Shown here: positions 42,201 to 55,637 of the stretch, in pieces
How the letters are laid out: the number at the start of each line of letters is the position of its first letter
Numbering within the stretch: the first letter of the stretch is position 1
Assembly: GCF_009914755.1 (NCBI RefSeq)
Contig: NC_060926.1
DNA length: 64,000 bases
From: the human T2T-CHM13v2.0 reference genome, Homo sapiens
Direction: 5' to 3' (one strand)
Made by a program: the position numbers and the translations under genes
Notes under the pieces: model-generated
What the model was told of the DNA's origin: nothing
Databases searched by the model: none
What the model saw: only the letters and a program-made list of their open reading frames with translations

Positions 42201-43720
42201 AAAAAACTACCTTGCCATTTATTTCAAGAGTATTTACCCTTTACCTCATAGACTATGGTTATAATTGCTAATTCAAGGTCTTGATCTGATCATTCCAATA
42301 TCTGAGCCTTCCCAATTTGGGACTCTATTGATTGCCTTTTACCTTGAGAATTGGTCATATTTGCTTTTTTGTTTGTTGAATTTTTTATTGTATAATGGAC
42401 ATTTTGAATATTTTGAATATTATGTTTTAAGATTCTGGATCCTGTTTAAATTCTCTGAAGGAGATTTAATTTTTTTCCATCAGACTTGGTTAGGTTTAGA
42501 CTGCAAGCTCTGCCTTACCATCTGTGGGCAGTAGTTTCCATGTCAGTTCAGTTTTAGAAGGCTGTGCTATTCACAGCTTAAGTCTGCATACATCACTCAA
42601 GGTTTATACTGGTAATCTGGGACTTGGGCAATGGTTTACATTGTAGTTCAGTTCTCAAAGCCTTTGCTGTGCTGCTTTGAGTGTTTTCTGCACATGTGTA
42701 CCTTAGGGGTAGTCCAGGACTTTAATTCATTCATATAGAAAATAAAGGCATTCTCTTCTCCCTCTCTTTCCTCTGTGAGATTTCCAGATTAATTATTAAT
42801 TTTTATCAAAGTACATGTTTCATATAGTTCGCTATTTTATGATTTGCTATATTTAAACTTTTAATTCCACTCTATGAAAAATATTATAATTTTACTCTCA
42901 TCCCTCCCCTCTTTGTCTCCCAATCCTAATATTGGATATTTACGTTATCTTTTATTCTGTTGGCTGCATTTGTAACATTTTATTTAATATACATAAGCCT
43001 CTACTTCTTGATCTATCAAGTTGCATAACTTCTTCAATTCCTGAGTTCACATGGTGGTAATACCTATGCTTTTTCTTTCCCCTTTCATTCCAACCTTTCA
43101 AGAGCTACACTTAAACCATCGTGTTGTCAATGTTGTACTCTTTCCAAAGGTTCACAGTACGTGTTTAAAATTTTTCATTTAAAAGAACACAAAAAAGTAT
43201 TTGTACTATTCTAACTGGATAAATATTGTTCAATACTGGGACAAGTCACAGTTCAGGAGTATATGCCTTCCTTAAGGTCCTATGTGATACACTGGCCAAT
43301 TGAAGAATGTTAATAGCATCAAGCAAAAGGATTTCTTTACCTTTTCTCCTTCAGTATGTAAAATTACGTTACTTGTTTGAATCATTATTTTTGCATATGT
43401 TAGATATATATATGCATGCTTGTATATCTATATATGCATATATTTCCAAGATTTCTAAGTCCTCTTTTTTCCTGGGAGACTTCCTGCTGTCTGTGACTTG
43501 TGCAGACATGTCATTCTTACTGGAAAAGTGCATTTCCAAATAACTTCCTAATGTAGGATGAATGGGAAGGGAAAGTTTCTACCTAGGGATATGATCAGAA
43601 ATTCCTTTGTTTTTCCATTTGATTGATAGTTCGCCTGGGTTTAGAATTCTAGATTGAAAGTTATTTTCTCTCAGAACTTTGAAAGCTCTACCCCACTGAC
43701 TTCTAGCATCCACTGTTGCA
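39230..43720 (-). mobile_element. Cluster of degenerate antisense L1M fragments
   Basis: attccattgtatggatataccacattttgtttattcattc, ttgaatagaagtggtgagag and ORF1-region motifs. Confidence 0.7.
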
Positions 43721-44246
43721 TCAACCAGGAGATATAAGGAATGAGGATAATTAATTTATTAGCCAATTCAGCCCATGGACTTCTTTCCTCTTTGTGAGAC
43801 AGCGATCATAAAGGTTCTCCTTTGTCCTGAAGAGGTGGGCTGGGATATTGGATTTCTGTAAAGCACTATGTTTCAGTGCTTGTCTCTCTCAAATTTGCTA
43901 GTGGACTTTTCTGTTGAAGGGCCCCTTTACCGCTCACTGTTCTAGGAAGGCAGCAGTGCTGATCATGGTGCTGGTGTAGTCTTTGCTCTCCAGCTTTGAG
44001 ACTGTCAAAGAATGTCAGGAATTCTAGTTGCATATGTAATTTTTCTTTATTTTCCTTTTCTTCAACTACTCATCCAATTCTCCTTGTACCTTGAGCTAAA
44101 GTATAAAAGTTGTGGAGGGCAGATATTGCCCTTGCCAAAATAGTAACATTTAATTAACACAAAGCAGAAAGTGCTCCAAAGTGAGTGTATAGTACAGGGA
44201 TATTCTGTAATTCTTCTATAATGTGATTCTCAATAGAAAATTTCAG

Positions 44247-44630
44247 GTATATTAGTCTGCTTCTACATTGCTATAAAGAACTACCTGAGACTGGGTAATT
44301 TATGAAGAAAATAGGTTTAATTGACACAGTTCATAGGCTGTACAGGAGGCACAATTGGGGAGGCCACAGGAAACTTACAATCATGGCAGAAGGCAAAGGG
44401 GAAGCAAGCACATATTCACATGGCCAGCATGAGAGAGAGAGTGAAAGGGGAGGTGCCACACACTTTCAAACAACCAGATCTTTTGATAACTTTATCACAA
44501 GAACAGCACTAGGAGAATGGTGCTAAACCACCCCCATGATCCAGCCACCTCCCACCAGGCCCCACCTCCAACACTGGAACTTGTAATTCAACATGAGATT
44601 TGGATGGGGACACAGAGCCAAACCATATCA
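44247..44630 (-). mobile_element. MSTA-like MaLR solo LTR ending 80 bp upstream of an exon
   Basis: gtatattagtc...gctataaagaactacctgagactgggtaatttat...ggggacacagagccaaaccatatca. Confidence 0.85.
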
Positions 44631-44709
44631 CTAGGCTACCCAGTATTTATCATTTTCAGCATCTGCATTCACTTTTTCTCATCAATTATTTCTGCTTTGT
44701 CTTTTTCAG

Positions 44710-44821
44710 CAACAGAAATTGCAAGGAAATCCAACAAAGAAAACCAAATCAAAAAGACCAGATCCCCTCAAAGGACAGAAGGTTATTGCAAGATGTGATG
44801 AAAATGGCTTTTATTTTCCAG
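44710..44821 (+). CDS. VWA3B: VWA3B internal coding exon (112 nt, phase 0 to 1): QQKLQGNPTKKTKSKRPDPLKGQKVIARCDENGFYFP(G)
   Basis: ctttttcag| acceptor; CAG|gtagtt donor. Overlaps ORF 44719..44907; start of the Tudor-like/DUF4537 region. Confidence 0.9.
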
Positions 44822-45089
44822 GTAGTTTTTTTTTTTTTAATTTCGTGAGGCTTTTGTTAAATAATTTGATACTAGGGACAAGAAGTTTCAACCTGTGCTT
44901 TTGCTAGAACACTGACATTTCATGAGCTGGCCTGAGCTAGTCCACTTTTCACAGAGAAGAAGTGGAATATCTCTGGCCAGCTCATGAAATGAGCGTATTT
45001 GGGCCCCCCAAAAAAGTAGCCAGAAAAATGCACTTATTTTAATTTCTCATTTTTTAGTAAACAAATTTTTATTACCCATTTACTGCGTT

Positions 45090-46130
45090 GCATGTATGTA
45101 ATATTTTGAAAGTACTGGTCTAATGGTATGAGCAAAAAGGTGAACATTCTTGCTTTTTGGAGATTACATCTTAAAGGAGACAGACAAGCAATGAAATAAA
45201 CAGATAAAATATGTGGTGTGTCAGATACAGTGCCATAGAGAAAAATCAAGCCACAAATGGGGTTGAGAATGTTGGGGTGAGGGTTTTGATTCTATATTTG
45301 GTGGTTAATGAAGAGCTCCTGGGGAAGGTGACATATGAATAAGGACTTAAAGGAGGTGGGGCAAGCCATGAGATTGGGGAAGGGAGTTCTAAGCAGAAAC
45401 AACAGCGGTGCCCAGGCCTCAGGGTGGAGTGCACACGTGTGTTGGAGGAAGGGCCATGAGACTGGGATAGCTGGGCCTCAGAGGTTTGCCCCAGACTTCC
45501 TGGGGGATGTGATCCCTGAAGGAATCAGCCAGCTGCAATTCAGCAAGGGGTGGAGGTATGAAGGGAGTTTCATGGATGGTGACAATAATACGTGTGAAGA
45601 CTTAGAAATGAAGAAAGACATCTATGTCTGGAGAAATAAAATTGATTCTGGCTGGAACATAAAATGAGAAGGAAGGGTGGAAATAATAAAGCTCTTCAGA
45701 GAGGTGAGCATGGGGCTATGCATAAAGGGTCATATTAAGGATTTGCACTTTACCCTGAGGGCAATGAGAGCCACATTTAAAGCAGTGAGAAACACAATCA
45801 CATTTGAAGTTTTCAAAAGCTCTCTCCCACTGCTGTGTGAAGATTGGATACCAAGGGGTTAGGATGTCTCTGGTCCCTGGCTTCGGGTGGTAGATAGATA
45901 GTGGTACCTACAGGAGATGGTGGTGTGGATGGAAAGACAATGAGATGTGTCTGCAACATGATGAATTGCAGGTGCCTGCAAGATGCCCAGATGAAGATAT
46001 CAGAGAAGCAATTGGAGATGTGGGTCTAGAGTCTGGAGACAGAGATTTGGGAGACATAACCACAGAAGTCATCACTGAAATCATGGGAAGGGTCTGTAGG
46101 GAAAAGGGAACTGGGAGAAAACCCTGAGGA
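45090..46130. mobile_element. L2 fragments
   Basis: ggaaggtgacatatgaataaggactta; tgggtctagagtctggagacagagatttgggag motifs. Confidence 0.55.
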
Positions 46131-46160
46131 AGCTCTGTCAGGCAAAAAGATTACATTGCA

Positions 46161-46440
<280 letters not shown>

Positions 46441-46874
46441 AAAAAGATTACGTTGCAGATACGTAGCTGGCCTTTCATAGGCATGATCTATCTATCAACA
46501 GTTAAAAGAATAATTATTATTTAAATTTAATTGAATAATATTTTAGGTGGGAAAAAAATACTTCAGCAGGATTTTTGGTTTCCAGCGGGCACATATGTAC
46601 AACTGACATCAGGGACAGGTTATTTGAAACGTGATAAATGTGCTTGGGAGTTGCCTGGATGAGAGTAAATATGGATCCCAGCACTTGGGATGATCGCATA
46701 GGCTAAGGCATGACACCCTTCTTTACAAGGGCTGGGAATCTTCCATTTCTCTGGGGTGCAGATTTTCTAAGAGGTGATTATAGAAGGCCACCCCTGCTTG
46801 AGAAATTTTGATTTTCTGAATTTGAGCCTTGGAGAGAGTTTTATGGCTAAACTAGTAGTCGAATGAAAATACTA

Positions 46875-47315
<441 letters not shown>

Positions 47316-47691
47316 CTAAAGACCTACTGGGGGGAGTAGAGGAGATGGGGCTAATACCATGGCCATGTGCAATGCCTGAGGCCACAACGGAAATTTTTTT
47401 AATGTGCAATTAGAGGCAGAAAGTACATACTATACTCCCAACAGCCGCATGGGATCTGACTAAGCAGGAATTTTTAATTTGCAGTGTAATTAAACTTCAA
47501 TAAATCAGCTTGAAGGAAATATTTGAATTTAGTCATATAAGCGGTAATTTTGATTAGTGTCTAAGTAGTAAACTTTGACTCAGCCAGATTAAGTGGCAGT
47601 GCATGGGTTATCTCCATGAACCTAGTTTTTGTGCCCTCTCTTCCCAGTCACCTGATCTTTTCCTTAACTGGGAATAACTTTACTTTCATGA

Positions 47692-48382
47692 TTTTTTTAT
47701 TAAAAATTCAAACATACAGAAAAGTCACAAGAATAATACAGAGAACCCCACTATACTCTTTACCCAGATTTGCCAATTTTTAACATTTGGTCACATTTTA
47801 TCACATATATTATTTTATTCTCTCTTTCATACATATATACACACACCTTATTTTTTATGAACTCTTAGAAATTAGGTAACATTTATCATGTTACTTTATC
47901 CCTTAACACATCAGTGTGGATTAAGAGTAAGAATAATCTCTTAATATAACCACAATAAAGGTAGAAAATTCAAAAAACGTAACACTATTATAGTACTTTT
48001 ATTTAATCTATGTATTTTGATTTTGTTAATTGTCCCAATAATGGCCTTTATCACATTTATTTTCTCCAGGACAGGTCTCAGCCCAGAATCATGTATTGCA
48101 TTTAGTGGACATGTCTCTAGCCCTCTTTGATCTAGAATCATTCTTTAGCCTTTCGTATTATCTTTCATGATAGTGACATTATTTAAGCATAAGGCCAGTT
48201 ATTTTACAGAACGTTCCTCAGTTTGGGTTAGATTACATTCAGGTTATCATTGCCGGCCAGAATACTGCCTAAGTGATGTCATGGCCCTCTGGGTCATCCC
48301 GTCTAGAGGCACGTGATGCTCACCTGCCCTCATTGGTGATGTTAATTTAGATCACCTGTTCACTGTGAGTCACTATTTTCCC
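47692..48382 (-). mobile_element. Old L1MC/MD-like 3' UTR fragment
   Basis: aaaattcaaacatacagaaaagt...gtattgcatttagtggacatgtctct motifs. Confidence 0.65.
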
Positions 48383-48389
48383 TCACACA

Positions 48390-48433
<44 letters not shown>

Positions 48434-51147
48434 AGGCCAAATAAAATGTTGCAGAGCATAGGCTTGATGTCATTGGTGACTCCTTTTCTGGTAACTGTTG
48501 TTCAAAACCTCCTAAACATTTTTAGTAAAAAAAACAGCTCACTTAAAATGCACCTTAGCAGAAGGCAAGATTGGAGTCACTGGATTGAGGCGTCCACTAC
48601 ATGAGGCCAGGTCCACGCGGAAGCAGAGCTGGCCAGACTGGCTGTTGCCACTGTTGTCGGGATTGTGGTGGGGATTTCCCTGTGACCAACGTTATTCCAG
48701 GGGTCAGTGTGGGTGATCCAGTTGAGGAAATGACTGACTGTGTTGTACAGAGCGATAGCCTGGCTTATCTGGATGCCGAAAGGCAAGGAGGAAGACACAT
48801 TTTCAACCCTTATTTGAAATCATTATTTGTGGAAACTGGGTCATCCTGTTGTTCTGTGAGAAGCAGCATTTTACTTCAGGAAATCCACAGTGATTTCTGC
48901 ACTATGCCATAAGAAGAAGTTGTCATGAAGAAAAAGGGGACAAAATGGAACACTTTCTCAGGTGTGATGAGCTCAGGTCAAAAGTCCTGTGTTTTCATTT
49001 ATTTGAGTTCTGCCTCTTGCCTCTGCTGGCCACACGACTGCAATCACTTTGTTTCCCTGTACCTCAGTGTCCCTGTCTTCTCCAACGGGATTTAAAACAA
49101 TGAAACCCTTCATAAACTGGCTGTGTAGATTAAATGCGATGACGTACAGCCCTTTGTTAATTCCATGGAAAGAGTTTTTCTGCATCCGATGTGAGAGCTC
49201 CTCTTAGGAGTAGGGATAAACACCTCGCCTCCTCTCCTGGGGAGGAGGGAGCTGCTTTCTATTTCACAGCAGCTTAGAACCTTTCACAGCAAGTCAAAGC
49301 AGCAAAAGTCAGCACAGAGGGTAGAAAGGAAACCTCCGAGACTGGAGGGAGAAGCGGACACGAGGACTGTGAAGGATGACACTGCCGAGGAGTGGGCAGC
49401 TGGAGGGATGCTCTGGCTGGAGCAGAGTGAAAGCCTTTTTGAAGAGGTGGAATTTAAGCCGGGCTTTGTATATCGGAAGGTTCTTAGAGCCAAAGGTTTA
49501 AAAAAAAGAAAATCCAGTCTCCAGCCTGACAAAACCTATTTGGAGCAAAGGTTCAGAACCACTCATGCATCTTTCACCAAACAAACTGACTTCCACTGTT
49601 TACTCAGATTGTGACACCAATTCTCTGACCCCTGAGCACCCGCAGCATTTTTGCTGAAGGCCTCCATAGGAGCACAGGCCCTTTCTCCAGCTGAATACAG
49701 GACAACCCCGACTGAGGCAGGGAGCCAACTCATCCCCAGGGAGGCACTGGGCTTACCAGCTTCCGCCCAGAGGAGGGGAGGCAGTGGAAGCTCTGGGCCC
49801 GCCAGCCTCTGCCCAGAGAAAGAGGGGAGGCAGTGGAGGTTCTTCAGCTTGGCCACCCTTCAGAACCGAGGTCCTCAAACGGGTCCCAGAGATTTCAGAG
49901 CTGGGAGACACAGCCTCACCTCTCAAGGCTGAGGACAGAGAGAAACTATAGGGTAAGGGAAGCCAAAAATTGGAGCTGATCTTGAATCAGGACACAAGAA
50001 ATGGTTGCAGTCCCTTAATTAGATGGAGAAGGAGCAGGTACAGAGGCTTAGCAGTGGTGGGACAGGCCAGTCCTGGGCCCTACAGCTGCCCAGAGTGAGG
50101 CCACATGGGGGCCCTCGAGGCCAGGTTGAAGCCAGACCGTAAGAAACTGTGCTCATTTCTGGAGATGAACAAAGACCCACATCTACAGAGATTATACAAA
50201 GAAGGAAGGTGAATTAAAGGAACTAAAAAGAAGTCATCATAACAGTCCAAAAAGTTTAGGTCCAAAGAAGAAAGTCAGTGATAAATGGTTTAGGCTTCGT
50301 CGGCTACACAGGCTCTGTCACAACTTCTCAATTTAGGCAAACAACTGGAAAACTGCCTAGTAGGCTTGATACTGGATACTGCTAAGTCCCAAAGGCTAAG
50401 GATTTGAAGAGAGTCACATGGGCCAGTGTGGCTGTAGTGGCAGCTCAGACCCTTCCCTGGGGCCGTGGGAGGGACGTGGGGCACACAGTGCGTGGCAGGA
50501 GACGAGTCCCCTGATTCTCAATCAGGAGCGGCTCTTGTTTCCAGAATAGAAATTATTTCTAAAAGGTAGTATTTGTTTTTCTGATTAAAAAGGTAAAGTC
50601 AGTTTATGGTAGAAATGTGTGAATAATGTGTAAATATTTCAAAACCCAAAGTAAACATTTTAGTCCGATCAGAAAACACACAATGGTAAGCTGGCTTGAG
50701 TGTGCATATTTTTCAAAAAAAATTCATTCCTTTGGCCATTTAAAACAAGACACATGGATCAAGATGAAAATCAGCAGCTATCTCTTTGCCCCATGAGAGG
50801 ACACAGGGCTTTGCTTAGCAGGCACGTGAGCCAGGACTGGGGAGCTGCTGCAGCACATGCCGTGGAGCCCAGCGGGACGCGTGTGCTCATTTCTGTCTCC
50901 AGGAGGGTCTGTGAGCAGCTGATACTGCTGGGGGAGGTGTCCAATGTCATCATCTCCCCCTTAATGTTTAGAATCCCTTTTTAATGGGAGGATAAATTTC
51001 AAGTCGGATAAATTACAAAAAATATACATCTTAACACAGGTATTTTCTTTTCCTAGAATGATAATCTATTCTAATAATTATATTAATTAAAATGTATAAC
51101 AAAATTATTATATAATTAAATAATATATATGTTTGTGTGTATATATA

Positions 51148-51226
51148 TTAGGCTGGTGCAAAAGTAATTGTGGTTTTGGTCATTTTTTTAATGGCAAAAA
51201 CCGCAATTATTTTTATACCAACCTTA
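51148..51226. mobile_element. MADE1 (Hsmar1-derived MITE)
   Basis: ttaggctggtgcaaaagtaattgtggtttt...aaaaaccgcaattatttttataccaacctta palindromic terminal inverted repeats, ~80 bp, in a TA-rich context. Confidence 0.9.
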
Positions 51227-51287
51227 TGTTATCTATCATGCACTCCTTTAGTATAACAAAAAAAGAAACTTCTTACCTCTTTTTTCA

Positions 51288-51653
<366 letters not shown>

Positions 51654-52108
51654 TGAAAAGCCAATTTGGATGGGAGTTTATATTTCCTTTTTACTTTCCC
51701 AATTTAATTAACAACATGTATTTTCTATCTTTAAGTATTATGGAAAAAAATAGGGCTAAAGTAAATGAAAATATCAGGTGGTAGGAGGTGTTCGAGAAGA
51801 GGATCTTTATTTCCAGGACCCATGTTCCTGTCAGGATGGGGGCTGATGGCGCAGGATGAACAAGTCTAGTCCATTCTCACTGGTTCTCATCTCAGCGGGT
51901 GCCCAGACCAGGCATGTGCACCACTTTGAATTGGTCAACCCAGTAGGCATCCTATGGTGCCCAAGATTATCTGCTGGAGAAATCAAAGGGGCACACTGAT
52001 TTAAACAGGCAAAGTGTTATAACTCAGCATGGCCAGAAAGATGGCACAAGCCTAAGGGAAGGGATGTTATTTGTCTTTATATTTTATGTTTTCTTTGATT
52101 CCTTCCAG

Positions 52109-52233
52109 GGGTTGTGAAGAAGTGTGTGAGCCGCACCCAAGCACTGGTGGGCTTCAGTTACGGAGACACCAAGGTCGTGTCCACCTCCTTCATCACGCCT
52201 GTGGGGGGCGCCATGCCCTGCCCGCTGCTCCAG
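52109..52233 (+). CDS. VWA3B: VWA3B internal coding exon (125 nt, phase 1 to 0): (G)VVKKCVSRTQALVGFSYGDTKVVSTSFITPVGGAMPCPLLQ
   Basis: ccttccag| acceptor; CAG|gtaccc donor. GC3-rich codons and continuous frame. Confidence 0.9.
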
Positions 52234-52575
52234 GTACCCAGTCCCTGATGTGTTCTGGGGCCCCTTTTCACCATCCACAGAGTTTTGAATAACAGAACGC
52301 CAAGGCCACTGTTTGGCCCTTTGCTGAACCTACACGGGCTCCTGCAGGGAGGGTGTGTTTGGGCAGGAAGAACAATGGCCCCTGTTCTGGGACCTGTCAC
52401 CTGGAGATTTCTTTGCTCGTGACCCTGACCTGCCAACTCCCTGTTATGTAGCTCAGGGCTGCACAGACTTGTTTGCACTGCACCTTGAGGTCCTTGTCCC
52501 TTTACAAGACAATAGAGTTTGGGGGAAGGACATTGCTGTAGCTGCCAGTACTGTGGACACTTTTAACTACAAAAG

Positions 52576-52710
52576 ATTCTATTCTATTCTATTCTATTCT
52601 ATTCTATTCTATTCTATTCTATTCTATTCTATTCTATTCTATTCTATTCTATGCCATGCCATGCCATGCCATGCCATCCCACCCCATCCCATCCCATTCC
52701 ATTCTATTCT
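52576..52710 (+). repeat. Compound pentanucleotide array (ATTCT)15(ATGCC)5 ATCCC ACCCC (ATCCC)2 ATTCC (ATTCT)2
   Basis: 27 in-register pentamers counted directly. Confidence 0.97.
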
Positions 52711-52820
52711 ATTACATAATAACAAGGGCAGAGGTAGCACTTTCCTTGGCACTGTAATCAGCTGATGTCAGACGGTGATACCGTAATGCACAGTTAGCCC
52801 AAATGTGCATTCCATAGATG

Positions 52821-53510
52821 TGTCACCGGAGGAAAGGCCATGAATGTCAGTTGTCCAGGGGTGTTTTGAACAAAGAATTGAACAATATGCACAAATAAAG
52901 TAACAAAGGAATGGAACACAGGAATGAAGCTGCGAATGCAGGGGTTTATTAAAGTGAGAAAGCACTCCACAGGGTGGGAATGGGCCCGAGCAAGAGGCTC
53001 AAGGGCGCTGTTACAAAGATTTCTGGGTTTTAAGTACCCCTTTTGAGGTTCCTATGGACTACCCCTTATCTGGATGAAGGATTTGGTCTGTGGCTAATTA
53101 AAGGCTGAGGTGAATTAGTGCCCTATGTAGATGAAGGGATGGTCCCTGCTTGGCCTGTGGCCAATCCAAGGCACACTCCCTTTCCCTCTGAGCCGGGGTG
53201 GAAAGGGAGGGTTGCAGGGAGACTGGCCTTTGACCCTTTGCTACCCGGCGTCAGGAGATGGGGTTTCTCCTTTTGGTTTAGCTTTAGGAAGTTTGCAGTG
53301 ATTGGCCTTAGGTTCCCTGCCTCAGACCCAGATGTTTTCCCTTTGATTTAACTTTAGGAAATTATCACAAATTGGCCCCAGATTCCCTGCCCCCCAGACC
53401 TTGGTGCTTTCCCTGCCCCCAGACCTTGGTGCTTCGCTTGATTCAGCCTTAGAAAGTCAGCATGAATTGACCTTAAGTTCCCTGACTCCAGACCCTGTTC
53501 TCCTGCCTCA
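52821..53510 (-). mobile_element. ERV1 solo LTR (MER51-like)
   Basis: TG...CA termini; reverse complement begins tgaggcaggagaacagggtctggag; ttttgaacaaagaattgaacaa motif. Confidence 0.8.
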
Positions 53511-54285
53511 GTTGGGCCAGATTAATGTGTTCTCATCTGCTCACAAACTCATAAAAGCTGTGCCATGTCTGGCTCATCCTCTTGCCGCGTTCCTAATTCC
53601 AGCTCCAAGGCCTGGGATTAGAGGGAAATCCTTGCAGAGCACCCTGCTGCTGTCTTGCCCAGTGTGAGCCGGGAGGAGAAGCGCTGGAGGAGGAATTGGA
53701 GAATTCATCCTTGGGCCTCTGCTGCTGCTTCCTAGTCAGAGCACTGGAACACAACAGTGCTCTTGTACCCTGATGATGCAGAAGGGCCTGCAGCCTCTGC
53801 ATGTCCCTCCACAAGATCCTTTTTCTGCTGCAAATTCTCCGTTTGCGACTTTTACCCTTGGATTCTGGGTGTGTGCTTTGGAGCAACAATAAACAAACCT
53901 CTCCCTTTCTACGTCTTGGTGACAGCCCTTCTGGCAGATGAGGACACTGTTTATCTTTGCATGACAAACACCCCAGGTTCCTTCAACTAGTCTCTTTAGG
54001 GTGTGGTTTCCAGAACCCTCACCATCTTGCTGGCAGACCCTTGGGTCCTTGTCAGTTGGTGAAGTCCTACCAAAATGGGGCTTCCCAAACTGATCACAAA
54101 ATTCCAGATGTGGCCCAATGAGCCCAGAGAATCTTGGAACTCTTTCTTAACTGAGAAAAAAAATATCTATTTGAATTTTAGCATCAGTACTTGCCAATTG
54201 CCTTGGAGTATTTTAAAACTTGCTTATGTTAACATTGTCTGTACAATCCATAAGCAAAATATTTGCTCTATGTTCTCCTCTGCAG

Positions 54286-54423
54286 GTTGGAGATTATGTG
54301 TTTGCCAAAATTGTGATACCCAAAGGATTTGACTTCTATGTCCCTGCCATTGTCATAGCACTTCCCAATAAGCATGTGGCCACAGAAAAATTCTACACAG
54401 TTTTGAAGTGTAACAACCGGAGA
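54286..54423 (+). CDS. VWA3B: VWA3B internal coding exon (138 nt, phase 0 to 0): VGDYVFAKIVIPKGFDFYVPAIVIALPNKHVATEKFYTVLKCNNRR
   Basis: ctcctctgcag| acceptor; AGA|gtaagt consensus donor. Lies within ORF 54220..54501. Confidence 0.92.
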
Positions 54424-55215
54424 GTAAGTAGATTTTCATTTAGAAAAGGACTTTCTCCTGGGCAATGCCAGGCTGTATCCTGGCACTGCCAGGCTTCTTG
54501 ATGAATGGTTTCCCTGGCTGCATCTGCTGCCCTGCTCTCCACTCCCTGTGTTTTGGCTTCTGCCCACCGTGCCACACAGACCCTGCCCTCACTGAGGTGG
54601 CCATGGCCTCTGCTGCCTGTACTGTGCAGTTCTTTGGCTCCCACTGCTGAACCATGCTTTGCATTTGACGGACTGGCAGGCTCACTCTAGGGTCTTGGAG
54701 CACCACTCTCTCTGGCTCTCCGTCTTCCTCATCCTCGCGTCCTCATCCTCCTCCTCCTCCTCCGCCTCCTCAGACTGCCCCTGCTTTGAGGTCCCCTGCT
54801 GGCCCTGCAGACTTGGTCACCTCCTGGGCCACCGCTAGTGCTGTCCTCCTCTGCCTCCTCCTGGTGTCTTTCGGTGTGAGCCTCCATCTCTGGACACCTC
54901 CTCTGTGCCAGAAGTGCCAGCCCCGCTCCTGCCCTGAGCTCCAACCCTGTGCTTCTAGCTGGGTCCTCCTGGAGCACTCCCTCAGAGTGAACACAGGCAT
55001 CTCAGACTCCGCAAGCCAGTGCACCCCCTTTCCCCAAGCGCCTCCTTCTCCTCTGTGTCCCCTGTATTGGGGTGCTACTACCTGGTTCCCCATCTCCTAC
55101 TTACCTAGGAACCACCTCCAGAGTTGGCAGAAGTTGGGAGACATAAGGGCGGACAGGCACAAAGTGGAGTAGAGTGAAAAGAACACAGGCTTTACAGTTA
55201 AAAGCCCTGTGTTTA

Positions 55216-55637
<422 letters not shown>

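Noticed and set aside
53382-53433. ~20-bp tandem duplication (ccctgcccccagaccttggtgctt) in the MER51-like LTR
   Set aside because: Small internal repeats are common in this LTR group and carry no independent significance.
54700-55070. Pyrimidine-rich (CCT)n region with Arg/Glu-rich minus-strand ORFs
   Set aside because: Low-complexity sequence with no convincing splice sites or recognisable protein.
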